64,000 bases of DNA, from NCBI GenBank assembly GCA_963796055.1, contig CAWCKH010000002.1, positions 96,001 to 160,000 on the forward strand, given 5' to 3'. Positions 17,973-29,923 of the stretch are shown here, one piece after another (the first letter of the stretch is position 1; the number at the start of each line of letters is the position of its first letter). Made by a program: the position numbers and the translations under genes. This DNA comes from an uncultured delta proteobacterium (GTDB lineage Bacteria > Myxococcota > Myxococcia > Myxococcales > Myxococcaceae). The notes beneath the pieces are model-generated. The model ran no database searches, was not told the origin of the DNA, and worked only from the letters and a program-made list of their open reading frames with translations.

Positions 17973-19574
17973 ATGGGCGCGATGAGGGGATTCCAGGCGC
18001 TCCTCCTGGGCGTGTCGCTGGCGGCGGCCGGGGCCATGAACCCCGACGCCACGCTGGAGGTCGCCAACCGCAAGGTGTTCACCTTCCGCGCCACTGCCGC
18101 CGGGAGCACGCCGGACGAGCGGCTGGCCAACGCGCGGGCACGCCTCGAGCAGCTGCCCCTGCGCGGGCCGGTGGAGACGGTCGAGACGCGCTCGGTGCAG
18201 GTCGGGGACGAGAGCGGCACCGCGGTCATGGTGGGGCCTCGGCTGGCCTTCGTCGTCGCCGACGGGGACGTGGACCGCCTGGCTGGAGAGACCACCGAGG
18301 GGGCGGCGCGTCAGGCGGCGCAGGTGCTCTCCGAGGCGCTGATCGCCGAGCGGGAACAGCGTTCGGTCCGGCTGCTGGTCCGCTCGGTGCTCCTCTCGGC
18401 GATGAGCACCGTCATCGCAGCCGGCCTGCTCTGGCTGTTCGTGCGAGGCCGGCGGGCCGCCCTCCTGGGCGTCTCGCGGATCACCCGGGAGAAGGGCTTC
18501 CGGCTCTGGGGCGTGGACCTTGGACCGATCATCCGTTCGCTCCTGCGCGGGCTGGTGTTCATCCTCTTCTGGGTCCTGGTGCTCTCGGTGGCGGAGGTGT
18601 GGGTCACCTACGTCCTGTCCCTCTTCCCCCTGACTCGCCCCTGGTCCGACGCGCTCCTGGGCGGGGTCCTCGGGCTCCTCGCGCGCCTGGGCAGGGCCAT
18701 CCTCGCCGGGCTGCCGGGCCTGTCGACCGCGGTGGTGATCCTCCTCATCGGACGGGGCGCGGCCGGGTTCGTCTCCACCGTCGTCCGCCGCGTGGAGGAG
18801 GGAACCAGCTTCGTGCCCGGCATCTACCCCGAGACCGCCGGCGCCACCCGGCGGCTGCTGGTCGGAGCGGTGTGGCTGATCACCATCGCTGCCGCTTACC
18901 CGTACCTGCCAGGCTCGGGCTCCGAGGCCTTCAAGGCGCTGAGCCTGGTGGTGGGCCTGGGACTCTCGCTCGGGTCCACCGGAGTCGTGGCCCAGGCCAT
19001 GAGCGGGCTGGTGGTCATCTACTCCCGGGCACTGTCCCGTGGGGACTGCGTTCGCATCGGCGACACCGAGGGGGTGGTGACGGAGGTCCACCTGCTCTCC
19101 ACCCGGATCCTCACCATCCAAGGCGAGGAGGTCACCATCCCCAACACCGTGGTGGTCAACGGCCCGGTCAAGAACTTCGGTCGGGCCAGGACGGGCCGGG
19201 GCGCGCTCGTCTCGTCGAAGGTGAGCATCGGGTACGACGCCCCCTGGCGGCAGGTGCACGGGCTCCTGCTGGCGGCGGCGAAGGAGACCCCCGGCCTGCG
19301 CGCCGAGCCCGCGCCCTACGTGCTCCAGCGGGCGCTCGACGACTTCTACGTCCAGTATGAGCTGGTCGCCGTGGTGGAGCACCCGGTCGATCGTCCTCTG
19401 GTCGCCTCGGCGCTGCACGCGCGCATCCAGGACGCGTTCAACGCCGCCGGGGTGCAGATCATGTCCCCGCACTTCGTGCTCCAGCCCCGGAACCCGGTGC
19501 TCGGCCAGGCGCCTCCCGAGGAGCGCCCCGCCGAGCCCGCGAAGGCTGTCGCCACCTCGGTCAACCGCCGCTGA
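17973..19574 (+). CDS. MscS-family mechanosensitive channel with periplasmic N-domain
   Basis: GDCVRIGDTEGVVTEV, VTIPN, IGYDAPWRQV, FNAAGVQIMSPHF. Start is 17973 or 17982. Confidence 0.9.
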   Translation: MGAMRGFQALLLGVSLAAAGAMNPDATLEVANRKVFTFRATAAGSTPDERLANARARLEQLPLRGPVETVETRSVQVGDESGTAVMVGPRLAFVVADGDVDRLAGETTEGAARQAAQVLSEALIAEREQRSVRLLVRSVLLSAMSTVIAAGLLWLFVRGRRAALLGVSRITREKGFRLWGVDLGPIIRSLLRGLVFILFWVLVLSVAEVWVTYVLSLFPLTRPWSDALLGGVLGLLARLGRAILAGLPGLSTAVVILLIGRGAAGFVSTVVRRVEEGTSFVPGIYPETAGATRRLLVGAVWLITIAAAYPYLPGSGSEAFKALSLVVGLGLSLGSTGVVAQAMSGLVVIYSRALSRGDCVRIGDTEGVVTEVHLLSTRILTIQGEEVTIPNTVVVNGPVKNFGRARTGRGALVSSKVSIGYDAPWRQVHGLLLAAAKETPGLRAEPAPYVLQRALDDFYVQYELVAVVEHPVDRPLVASALHARIQDAFNAAGVQIMSPHFVLQPRNPVLGQAPPEERPAEPAKAVATSVNRR

Positions 19575-19575
19575 C

Positions 19576-22326
<2,751 letters not shown>

Positions 22327-22447
22327 GGTGTCACCCCCGGGGTGTCTTCGAGGATCCGGCAGATGAGTGCAGCGCGGCCGGACCGGAGTCCATCGTCTCT
22401 ACGTGCGCCCTGCGCCGGGTGGCCCTCGCCTCGCAGGGGCGGGCGGC

Positions 22448-23260
22448 TCAGTGCCGGGCGGGGATGAATCGCCGCCCCTTGAGCGAGGCGCGATCGTCAT
22501 AGGCGTGCTTCTTCGAGCGGTCCGGCAGGTCGACCTTCTCCCGTGGCACCTTCCGGTACGGGATCTGGTCGAGAAGGTGGTGGATGACGTTGAGTCGCGC
22601 CCGCTTCTTGTCGTCCGAGGGGACGATGAACCACGGGGAGACCTTGGTGTCGCTGGCGGCGAGCATCGTGTCCCGCGCCCGGGAGTACTCGAACCACTTG
22701 GTCCGCGAGGGAAGGTCGGTCTTGCTCAGCTTCCACTGACGCAGCGGGTCGTCGATCCGGGCCTTGAACCGCCGCGCCTGCTCCTCGTTGCTCACCTCGA
22801 GCCAGTACTTGAAGAGGATGATGCCGCTCTCGAGCATGATCCGCTCGAACGCCGGAACCAGCTCCAGGAAGCGGTCACGCTGGGCCGAGGTGCAGAACCC
22901 GAGCACGGTCTCGACGCCCGCCCGGTTGTACCAGCTGCGATCGAAGATCACGACCTCGCCCGCGGCGGGCATGTGCGGGAGGTACCGCTGCGCGTACATC
23001 TGTGTCTTCTCGCGATCCGAGGGCGCGGGCAGGGCGATGACCCGGAACACACGGGGGCTCACCCGCTCGGTGATGGCCTTGATGGTCCCGCCCTTCCCGG
23101 CCCCGTCCCGTCCCTCGAAGACCAGCACGATCTTGAGGCCCTTGTACTTGACCCACTCTTGCAGCTTGCACAGCTCGGCCTGGAGCTTGAGCAATTCCTT
23201 CCGATACTTCTTCCCACTCAGCTTTTCTTCTGCCGATGGACGCCCAGTGGACCTGGCCAT
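22448..23260 (-). CDS. ppk2: Polyphosphate kinase 2
   Basis: FEGRDGAGKGG Walker A, FDRSWYNRAGVE, SDDKKRARLN. Confidence 0.95.
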   Translation of the reverse strand: MARSTGRPSAEEKLSGKKYRKELLKLQAELCKLQEWVKYKGLKIVLVFEGRDGAGKGGTIKAITERVSPRVFRVIALPAPSDREKTQMYAQRYLPHMPAAGEVVIFDRSWYNRAGVETVLGFCTSAQRDRFLELVPAFERIMLESGIILFKYWLEVSNEEQARRFKARIDDPLRQWKLSKTDLPSRTKWFEYSRARDTMLAASDTKVSPWFIVPSDDKKRARLNVIHHLLDQIPYRKVPREKVDLPDRSKKHAYDDRASLKGRRFIPARH

Positions 23261-23294
23261 GGCGCCATTGAGGCTCAGCCGCGAGGTCAGGGCC

Positions 23295-23312
23295 ATACGA
23301 CCAACGTCCACT
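23295..23312. promoter_or_regulatory. Palindromic TF box, copy 2 (ATACGACCAACGTCCACT)
   Basis: In the divergent ppk2/hypothetical intergenic region; extra half-site GGTCTTAC at 23331-23338. Confidence 0.55.
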
Positions 23313-23368
23313 GTGGCCCCCTTGGATTGGGGTCTTACAGTCCCGCTGACACCTGAGGAGGTGTACCC

Positions 23369-24778
23369 ATGGCACGCAAGGAATCTTCTGCCTCCTCGCC
23401 GACCTGGGTGGGCCGCACCGAGCTGCTGCTCGAGCTGGTTCGCCTGGACACGGCCTACGGGGACCTCTACCGACAACGGGCCCGCCAGATCGCCGCGACC
23501 GAGCTCTCTGCCACCGACTTCAAGGCCTTGCAGAACGCCGAGCAGGCCATCGAGTCGATGCCCGAGGACATCAAGCGGGCGATGGACGACGGGAAGTGGG
23601 ACCAGGTCAAGGCGCTCACCAACGAGCTCGGCTCCAAGCAGCGCCTCGTCCAGGAGCGTGGCGCGCTGCGGAAGATCGGCGAGCGGCTGTACGAGGACGA
23701 GGCAATCCACGTCGACCCGTTCTCACCGGGGTTCTACTGGTACCACGGCCGCGAGGAGCGTTCCTTGCCCGGGCTCCGGGACGAGGCGGTCAGCAAGCTG
23801 AAGCAGGCGGCCCGGATCGACCCCGAGTGGAAGCCCCTCTACGAGGACCGCGAGAAGTGCCTCAAGGCAGTACGTCTCGCCGATCCGTCCGCCACCGGCT
23901 CCGCAGCGAAGGGCCGGGGCGAGGTCGAGCAGCGGGCCCGGGAGGCGTTGGCCTCGGGCAACCTCGAGGAGCTGCAGAAGCTCGCCGGAAGTCTGGAGCA
24001 GGCCGGCAGCGGCACGGCCGGCCCGGGGAAGGCCGAGGCCGAGGCCACGGACGACGTCGAGCCGGCACCGCTCGGGTTCAAGTTCACCGCGGAGACGGTG
24101 CAGAAGGCGAAGGCGCTGGGACTCGAGCCCGAGCACTTCGACAACGTCCGGGCGAAGTTCCGGGCCTTCTTCCGCCACCTCTGGCACCCGGTCTTCTTCG
24201 AGTCCGAGGGGAACCTGGCCGGCGCGCGGGTCACCGCCATGCTGCCCAAGGAGACCCCCGAGCCGCAGCGCGACCGGATCGTGATGTTCATCACCCGGCC
24301 GGTGCTGAGCTCGGGCGGAGCGCGGTTCCTCCCACCTCTGGTCGAGGAGGACGTCCTGGTGGAGACGTTCGACGAGGGCCCGGCGGGGGCCGAGGTGGGG
24401 AAGAACGGCCTCGCCGAGGGGCTGGGACTGAAGCGGCGCTGGGGGCTCGGCCGGATGGAGATCGAGCGCACCCTGCAGGGCAAGGGCCCGGAGCTGGTCA
24501 AGTCGCTCGGGCTGGATCCCTGGAGGTTCCGGCTGGTCTGCGTGCCTCCCGACATCTACGGGGCGGTATGCCAGCGGCGCGGCTGGGCCAAGAACGAGAT
24601 CTGGACGCACCTCGACGGCTACCTCGCCACGCGGGAGCGCAAGCTGCTGGCGCTCGCCGGGGGCGACGTGCGGTACGGAGGGTTCCAGGACCTGGTCGGG
24701 GTGGGCACCGAGTACGACAGCGACCGGCTCCTGACCCGCTTCGCCATCGTCGACCGGCGGCGGATCCGGGCCTGGTGA
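23369..24778 (+). CDS. Hypothetical cytoplasmic protein, 469 aa
   Basis: GAGGAGG RBS, strong codon bias, helical N-half; no domain recognised. Confidence 0.85.
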   Translation: MARKESSASSPTWVGRTELLLELVRLDTAYGDLYRQRARQIAATELSATDFKALQNAEQAIESMPEDIKRAMDDGKWDQVKALTNELGSKQRLVQERGALRKIGERLYEDEAIHVDPFSPGFYWYHGREERSLPGLRDEAVSKLKQAARIDPEWKPLYEDREKCLKAVRLADPSATGSAAKGRGEVEQRAREALASGNLEELQKLAGSLEQAGSGTAGPGKAEAEATDDVEPAPLGFKFTAETVQKAKALGLEPEHFDNVRAKFRAFFRHLWHPVFFESEGNLAGARVTAMLPKETPEPQRDRIVMFITRPVLSSGGARFLPPLVEEDVLVETFDEGPAGAEVGKNGLAEGLGLKRRWGLGRMEIERTLQGKGPELVKSLGLDPWRFRLVCVPPDIYGAVCQRRGWAKNEIWTHLDGYLATRERKLLALAGGDVRYGGFQDLVGVGTEYDSDRLLTRFAIVDRRRIRAW

Positions 24779-24785
24779 CCCCCGC

Positions 24786-26165
24786 TCAGAACGCCTCGCC
24801 GGCCCCGAAGTAGAACCCCACGGTCTTGTCGGCGACCGTGAGGTCGAGGGTGATGTTGGTCCGGGACTGGCGGTTCTGCATGATGCGCAGGCCCAGCCCG
24901 CCGGCGAACCGTGGATGCTCGAAGAGCGACTCCCCCGGTTCCGAGTAGCCGGGGATCTCCACCGCGGGGCGGGTGAAGGTGGACATGTTGGCGAACACCA
25001 CGCCCCCCAGCAGCCCGTTGTCGGTGATCCGGAACCTCCACTCCGCCTCGGTGTAGACCTGGGCCGTCCCGCGGAAGCGGCCCTGCACCCAGCCCCGGCC
25101 GGTGCGGTTCCGCGCATCCCACCCGATGGAGGGCAATGCCAGATAGGGCAGCGACCCGCTCACCTGACCCTGCACCACCACCCAGAAGGCGAGCACGTTC
25201 CTGGGAACCTCCGGCGACAGCGACAGGTACGTCCGGAACTCCGCGGAGAGCAGCGAGCTGTCCTTGGCGCTTCCGAACCACGTCGGGTTCCACTGGTACG
25301 ACAGGCTGGCGTACACCCCGCGGTACGCGTTGATGGTCGAGTCGCGCGTGTCGTAGAGGAAGTTCAGGCTCAGACCACTGGTGTTGTAGGCCTTCGTCCC
25401 GAAGCCCTCGATGGTGCTGTACGCGTAGTGGCTGGTGACCACCGGCGGGGTTGCGGACAGATCGAGCCGCCGGTCCTCGATGCCGTAGTAGCGATCGAAG
25501 GACAGACCCGGCCCGATGTAGAGTTCGCGCCAGACCTTCCGGAGCGCGTTCTGACGGAAGCGCAGCAGGTTCATGTCCATCGGCTGGGCGCCCTCGACCT
25601 CGGCCGTGGTGCCGAAGCCGCCGATCGTGAAGCCCTGGCTCACCGGCGAGTGCCCCGTCCCCAGGCCGAAGGTGTCCTGGTTGAAGATCATGAAGCGCCA
25701 GTCGCCCTGGAACTCCCAGGTGTTCCCTTCGGTGAGGACGGTGCTGAAGATCTGGGTGATGAACTGGTTCTTGGTGGTGTACAGCACCATCGCCTGCACG
25801 TTGGAGATGGTCGTGGTGTCCGGATCTCCCAGGTAGATCCCGAAGATCCCCACACCGCCGAAGAGGAAACCGACGGTCGGGTTGTAGGCGAAGGCCGGGA
25901 GGATGGCGAGCAACGGCTCGAACGCCTTGGGGTGCGCGGCCGTCTTCTCGGTGAGACCAACGGCGATGAACAGGTCGGTCTCGTCCCGGTAAGGCTCGCA
26001 CCGTCCGGACTGGCAGACGGACCCGGTCCCGAAGCGCGCCCGGCACGCACCAGTGTCCTCGCAGGTCAGGGGCGTCTGTTCTCCCGTCTCTCCCGCGCGG
26101 GCCGCGGTCCCCGTCAACAGCGCCATCGTCAGACCGAGACTGCCGAAGCCCCGAAGGTGCCTCAT
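24786..26165 (-). CDS. BamA/TamA (Omp85-like) outer-membrane barrel without POTRA domains
   Basis: YDTRDSTINAYRG, GRGWVQGRFRG, EAEWRF, GLGLR, FYFGAGEAF. Confidence 0.85.
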   Translation of the reverse strand: MRHLRGFGSLGLTMALLTGTAARAGETGEQTPLTCEDTGACRARFGTGSVCQSGRCEPYRDETDLFIAVGLTEKTAAHPKAFEPLLAILPAFAYNPTVGFLFGGVGIFGIYLGDPDTTTISNVQAMVLYTTKNQFITQIFSTVLTEGNTWEFQGDWRFMIFNQDTFGLGTGHSPVSQGFTIGGFGTTAEVEGAQPMDMNLLRFRQNALRKVWRELYIGPGLSFDRYYGIEDRRLDLSATPPVVTSHYAYSTIEGFGTKAYNTSGLSLNFLYDTRDSTINAYRGVYASLSYQWNPTWFGSAKDSSLLSAEFRTYLSLSPEVPRNVLAFWVVVQGQVSGSLPYLALPSIGWDARNRTGRGWVQGRFRGTAQVYTEAEWRFRITDNGLLGGVVFANMSTFTRPAVEIPGYSEPGESLFEHPRFAGGLGLRIMQNRQSRTNITLDLTVADKTVGFYFGAGEAF

Positions 26166-26265
26166 GTGACGCCTCCGCCCGAGCAGCTCGGCTTTGGCGC
26201 GGGCCAGATGGCGCCCACCCCGAGCCGGATACGCCTGCCTAATCGAAACGCATCTGCCGAGAATC

Positions 26266-26283
26266 GTGGGACCTTGGTCTCAT
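26266..26283. promoter_or_regulatory. Palindromic TF box, copy 3 (reverse complement ATGAGACCAAGGTCCCAC)
   Basis: In the divergent Omp85/DUF4136 intergenic region. Confidence 0.65.
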
Positions 26284-26344
26284 TGTAGCCCACCCTCCCC
26301 CGCTGAGAGCCTTCGCGCCATCCAGGGAGAGGAGGCCTGCGCAC

Positions 26345-26968
26345 ATGTCCCGTGTCGGGAAGAGCTTTGCACCACCCATTCTGGCCATCGGCCTGCTGCT
26401 GGCCGCCTGTCACCCGACGGGTGTGGAGTACGTGACCGACCTCGACGTGGTGGCCACGACGCACGATGCCACCTTCGACTTCGCGACGCCGACCACCTAC
26501 TCCCTTCCGGACCGGGTGTTCCTCATCGAGGGGGACCCCACGACGAACCCGCCGGCACGGCTCGACCCTGCGCTGGAGCAACTCATCCTCAACACGCTGA
26601 AGAACGAGATGGACGCGCACGGGTATACCCAGGTCGCGGTCACTGCGACGCCGGACCTCGCGGTCACCGCCTCGGCGCTGAAGGTGACCAACGTCAGCTA
26701 CTACTACGGCTACTGGTGCACCTACTGGGGGTACTACGGCTGCTATCCGTACTACCCGCCCGTCGTCGGCGTCAGTACGTACACAGTGGGGACGCTGCTC
26801 ATCGACATGGCGCCGTTCTCCTCGACGCCACCGGGCAACCAGTACATCGGCGTCTGGACGGCCGTCATTCGCGGGATCCAGACGGGCTCGAAATCGACCG
26901 ACCAGCAGCGGGTGGTCAACGGCATCTCGCAGGCGTTCATCCAGTCGCCCTACCTGGGGAAGCCATGA
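26345..26968 (+). CDS. DUF4136-family lipoprotein
   Basis: Lipobox LAAC; Y/W/G-rich loop; YTVGTLLIDM; C-terminal AFIQSPYL. Confidence 0.85.
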   Translation: MSRVGKSFAPPILAIGLLLAACHPTGVEYVTDLDVVATTHDATFDFATPTTYSLPDRVFLIEGDPTTNPPARLDPALEQLILNTLKNEMDAHGYTQVAVTATPDLAVTASALKVTNVSYYYGYWCTYWGYYGCYPYYPPVVGVSTYTVGTLLIDMAPFSSTPPGNQYIGVWTAVIRGIQTGSKSTDQQRVVNGISQAFIQSPYLGKP

Positions 26969-27573
26969 GCACGCACCGGAAGCTGATTCCCCTCGCAGCG
27001 CTCATCCTCGCCCTGTCGGCCTCGACCGCGCGGGCGGACCTCCCGCCGACCCTGGTCGGCGTCTCGTACCAGTTCTCGATTCCGATCGGCGAGACCTACA
27101 ACTACACGCCCCCCGTCAGCTGGCGGGGCATCGGGCTCGATGTGGCGACCTTCGTCCGCAAGGACCTCGCCGTCGGTCTGGCGTTCGGGTGGAACGTGTT
27201 CCACGAGAACATCACCTCCACCATCAGCTACAAGGGCACGGAGATCTCCGGAAATCAGGACCGGACCCTGAACATCTGGCCCACCCTGGTCAATGCGCGC
27301 TGGTTCCCGAAGATCTCCTCCAACCGCGACATTCAGCCCTACATCGGGGCGAACATCGGCGGGTACATCATCGAGCGCTACTTCGCCGTCGGGCTCACCT
27401 CGATCACCGAGACCCACTACCACTTCGGCCTCGCGCCGGAGATCGGCGTCTTCTTCCAGAATCCGGTGGGCGCGGTGTTCATCAACGCCCGCTACAACAT
27501 GGCCTTCGCCGCGGGCGGAGTGCCCTTCCAGCAGTTCCTCGCCTTCAGCCTGGGCTACGCCTGGGAGAGATGA
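26965..27573 (+). CDS. Small (OmpA/OmpW-like) outer-membrane beta-barrel protein
   Basis: ATGA overlap with the lipoprotein gene; signal peptide; PYIGANIG, FGLAPEIG, SLGYAW strands. Confidence 0.8.
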   Translation: MSTHRKLIPLAALILALSASTARADLPPTLVGVSYQFSIPIGETYNYTPPVSWRGIGLDVATFVRKDLAVGLAFGWNVFHENITSTISYKGTEISGNQDRTLNIWPTLVNARWFPKISSNRDIQPYIGANIGGYIIERYFAVGLTSITETHYHFGLAPEIGVFFQNPVGAVFINARYNMAFAAGGVPFQQFLAFSLGYAWER

Positions 27574-27590
27574 CGTCTTCAGGAGGAATC

Positions 27591-28145
27591 ATGCAACACC
27601 TCAATCGACTCGGCTTGGTCGCCACGCTGATGGCTGGCGCCACGGCATTGGCGCAGGCCCCCGCGCCCGCTCCCGCACCGGCGCCGGCGGCCGCCCCGGC
27701 TGCGGCTCCCACCCAGGACGCGGCGGCCTCGCTGCTCAAAGTTTACGTCTTCCCCGCCAACAACCAGACCCCGGACCAGCAGGCCAAGGACTCCAACGAC
27801 TGCTACGCCTGGGCCAAGCAGCAGACCGGCGTCGACCCCACCAACCCCACCGTTCCCCCGAAGGCCGACACCAGCCAGGCCGGTAAGGGTGGCGCGGTGA
27901 AGGGTGCGGCGAAGGGCGCGGCGGCGGGAGCGGCGATCGGAGCCGTCGCCGGAGACACCGGCAAAGGCGCGGCGGTCGGCGCGACGGCGGGAGCCATGGG
28001 CGGGGCGTCCGGAAAGCGCCAGGCCAAGCAGCAGGCGGAGGCCCAGGCGAAACAGCAGCAGACGGCGGCGGTCAACTCGCAGATCGACGCCTTCAAGAAG
28101 GCCTACACCGCGTGCATGGAAGGAAAGAAGTACACCGTCAAGTAG
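27591..28145 (+). CDS. Glycine-zipper (YMGG-like) secreted protein
   Basis: AGGAGG RBS; QQAKDSNDCYAWAKQQTG, GAAAGAAIGAVAG zipper, YTACMEGKKYTVK. Confidence 0.85.
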   Translation: MQHLNRLGLVATLMAGATALAQAPAPAPAPAPAAAPAAAPTQDAAASLLKVYVFPANNQTPDQQAKDSNDCYAWAKQQTGVDPTNPTVPPKADTSQAGKGGAVKGAAKGAAAGAAIGAVAGDTGKGAAVGATAGAMGGASGKRQAKQQAEAQAKQQQTAAVNSQIDAFKKAYTACMEGKKYTVK

Positions 28146-28191
28146 CTGTGGCAACGTTGGGGGCGTGCTCGTAGCCGAGGGAGGACGTCCG

Positions 28192-28527
28192 ATGACTCGA
28201 CGAGGTGCTCTTCGCTGGTCCATGGCCCTGACGTTGCTCGCGCTCTCCGCGCCGGCGGCCGCGGAGGAGGCCAAGCGGGTCGACATCAAGAACCTCAGCT
28301 GCGAGTCGTTCCTGGCCCAGCCGGACGACTTGCGGCCGATGCTCGTCGCCTGGGTCCACGGGTACACGCACGCCGGGGGCGAGAACTGGATCCTCGACCC
28401 GGCGGCGGCCCGCACCTTCGTCAGCTCGGTGGAGGACCTCTGCAAGAAGGCACCGAAGGCGAGCTTCCGATATCAGGTCCTGCAGACCGCCAAGACCCGT
28501 CAGGCCGAGGCGAAGGCGAAGAAGTAG
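28192..28527 (+). CDS. HdeA/HdeB-family periplasmic acid-stress chaperone
   Basis: Signal peptide; LSCESFLA...WVHGY...LCKKAP two-Cys pattern. Confidence 0.75.
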   Translation: MTRRGALRWSMALTLLALSAPAAAEEAKRVDIKNLSCESFLAQPDDLRPMLVAWVHGYTHAGGENWILDPAAARTFVSSVEDLCKKAPKASFRYQVLQTAKTRQAEAKAKK

Positions 28528-28549
28528 GCCGCGGACCGGCCTCGCCTAC

Positions 28550-29368
28550 TCACTTGGCGAACTTCGAGCGGGCCGCCTTCGTGCGTACCTGCTCGATCGC
28601 CTTCTGGTCCACGTTCTTCCGGATGAGGGTCCGGACGGCGTAGCGGACTTGCTGGTATTCCTCGGCGCAGCCCTCGGCGCGCTCGTCCGGGAGCTTCCCC
28701 AGCTCCTTGGCGAACGCGTACCGCTTGGGGTCGGAGCCCCAGGCGATGCAGAGGACGTTGTAGAAGCGCTGCCGGTCGAGCCCGTGCACGTCGGCGAAGT
28801 CGTCCTCGCCGGGCTTCCGCGCGCTCGAGTCCTGATCGTACATGAAGGCCGCGGCACGCAGCATTCGCTCGGCGAAGTCTCCTCCGATCTGCGTGGCGGC
28901 ATAGGCCGCGACCTGGTCGGCGGCATCCTCCTCCCGTCCGAGCACCGGCACCGCGAGCACGTGGAACACCGCGTGCGCCGTCTCGTGCAGGACGATGAAC
29001 AGGAAGGGGCCGACGACCGCCTGCTCGGGAGTGAGATTGAACTTCCCGGACCTGCTGGCGACCTTGATGAAATCGTTGACCAGCTCGTAGCAAAAGGTGA
29101 TGACGTCCGTGTCGCTGTCGTACCAGGCGTTGGACTCGCCGCAGCTCGCGCTTTTCAGAGTCAACGTGCGGGGGAGCTTGAGGACGGAGAGCATCGCCGC
29201 GGCGCCCTCGAGGATGTGCCGCTCCTTCATCTTCTCCGCGATGGGGGCAAGCTCGGGCTTGGTCGTGTCCTCGTAGAGGACCCGGAAGGAACCCTTCTTC
29301 ACTGGCGGTGCCGTCCCCGCGCCGAGCAAGGCCGTCACCACCAGGAGCGGAACGGGGATCATCGGCAT
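28550..29368 (-). CDS. DUF4344-family putative metallopeptidase
   Basis: CGESNAWY, LHETAHA, GREEDAAD, DVHGLDRQRFYNVLCIAWG. Confidence 0.88.
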   Translation of the reverse strand: MPMIPVPLLVVTALLGAGTAPPVKKGSFRVLYEDTTKPELAPIAEKMKERHILEGAAAMLSVLKLPRTLTLKSASCGESNAWYDSDTDVITFCYELVNDFIKVASRSGKFNLTPEQAVVGPFLFIVLHETAHAVFHVLAVPVLGREEDAADQVAAYAATQIGGDFAERMLRAAAFMYDQDSSARKPGEDDFADVHGLDRQRFYNVLCIAWGSDPKRYAFAKELGKLPDERAEGCAEEYQQVRYAVRTLIRKNVDQKAIEQVRTKAARSKFAK

Positions 29369-29399
29369 GACTCTCCCTCCGTCAGCCGCTCCGGTCTAC

Positions 29400-29771
29400 T
29401 CACGCGGGGCTGGGATGGAGCTGCTCGAGCGCGCGCCTCACCGCCGCCACCAGCAGCGCCGGCTCGAAGGGCTTCTGGAGACAGGGGACCTGCCCCATCC
29501 CCCGCTGCCGGAGCGTCTGCGCGGCGTCGATGCGCCCGGTCACGAAGATCGCCGGCGGACAGCCCGGAGAGGTCCGGAGGCTGTCCAGGAGATCTGCCCC
29601 ACTCATCCCGGGGAGCACCAGGTCGAGCACCAGGCAGGCCGGGCGGGTGGTGGCGTAGGCCTGGAGCAGCTCCTCCGCAGTGGAAAACGACGCGACCCGG
29701 AGATCATGGGCCCGGAGGATCCGGCCCAACGCTCGCCGTGCGGCGGGGTCGTCGTCAACTACAGCGACCAT
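29400..29771 (-). CDS. Single-domain response regulator (receiver only)
   Basis: VVDDD, LVLDLVLPG, FVTG, LQKPF. Start may extend to 29816. Confidence 0.88.
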   Translation of the reverse strand: MVAVVDDDPAARRALGRILRAHDLRVASFSTAEELLQAYATTRPACLVLDLVLPGMSGADLLDSLRTSPGCPPAIFVTGRIDAAQTLRQRGMGQVPCLQKPFEPALLVAAVRRALEQLHPSPA

Positions 29772-29872
29772 CGGGCTCGGCGAGGGAGGCGACGAGGCTG
29801 TCCGACTCGCGCACATCCCGGTCCTCCACCAAGAGTTCGAGGTACCCTAGGGACTTCGGGCGTGGGCCTGCT

Positions 29873-29890
29873 ATACGACGTTGGTCTCAT
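29873..29890. promoter_or_regulatory. Palindromic TF box, copy 4 (reverse complement ATGAGACCAACGTCGTAT)
   Basis: Between the divergent receiver and kinase genes. Confidence 0.65.
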
Positions 29891-29923
29891 CCCGGACCCG
29901 GGGGGCGATGGGTGGCAGCGTCG

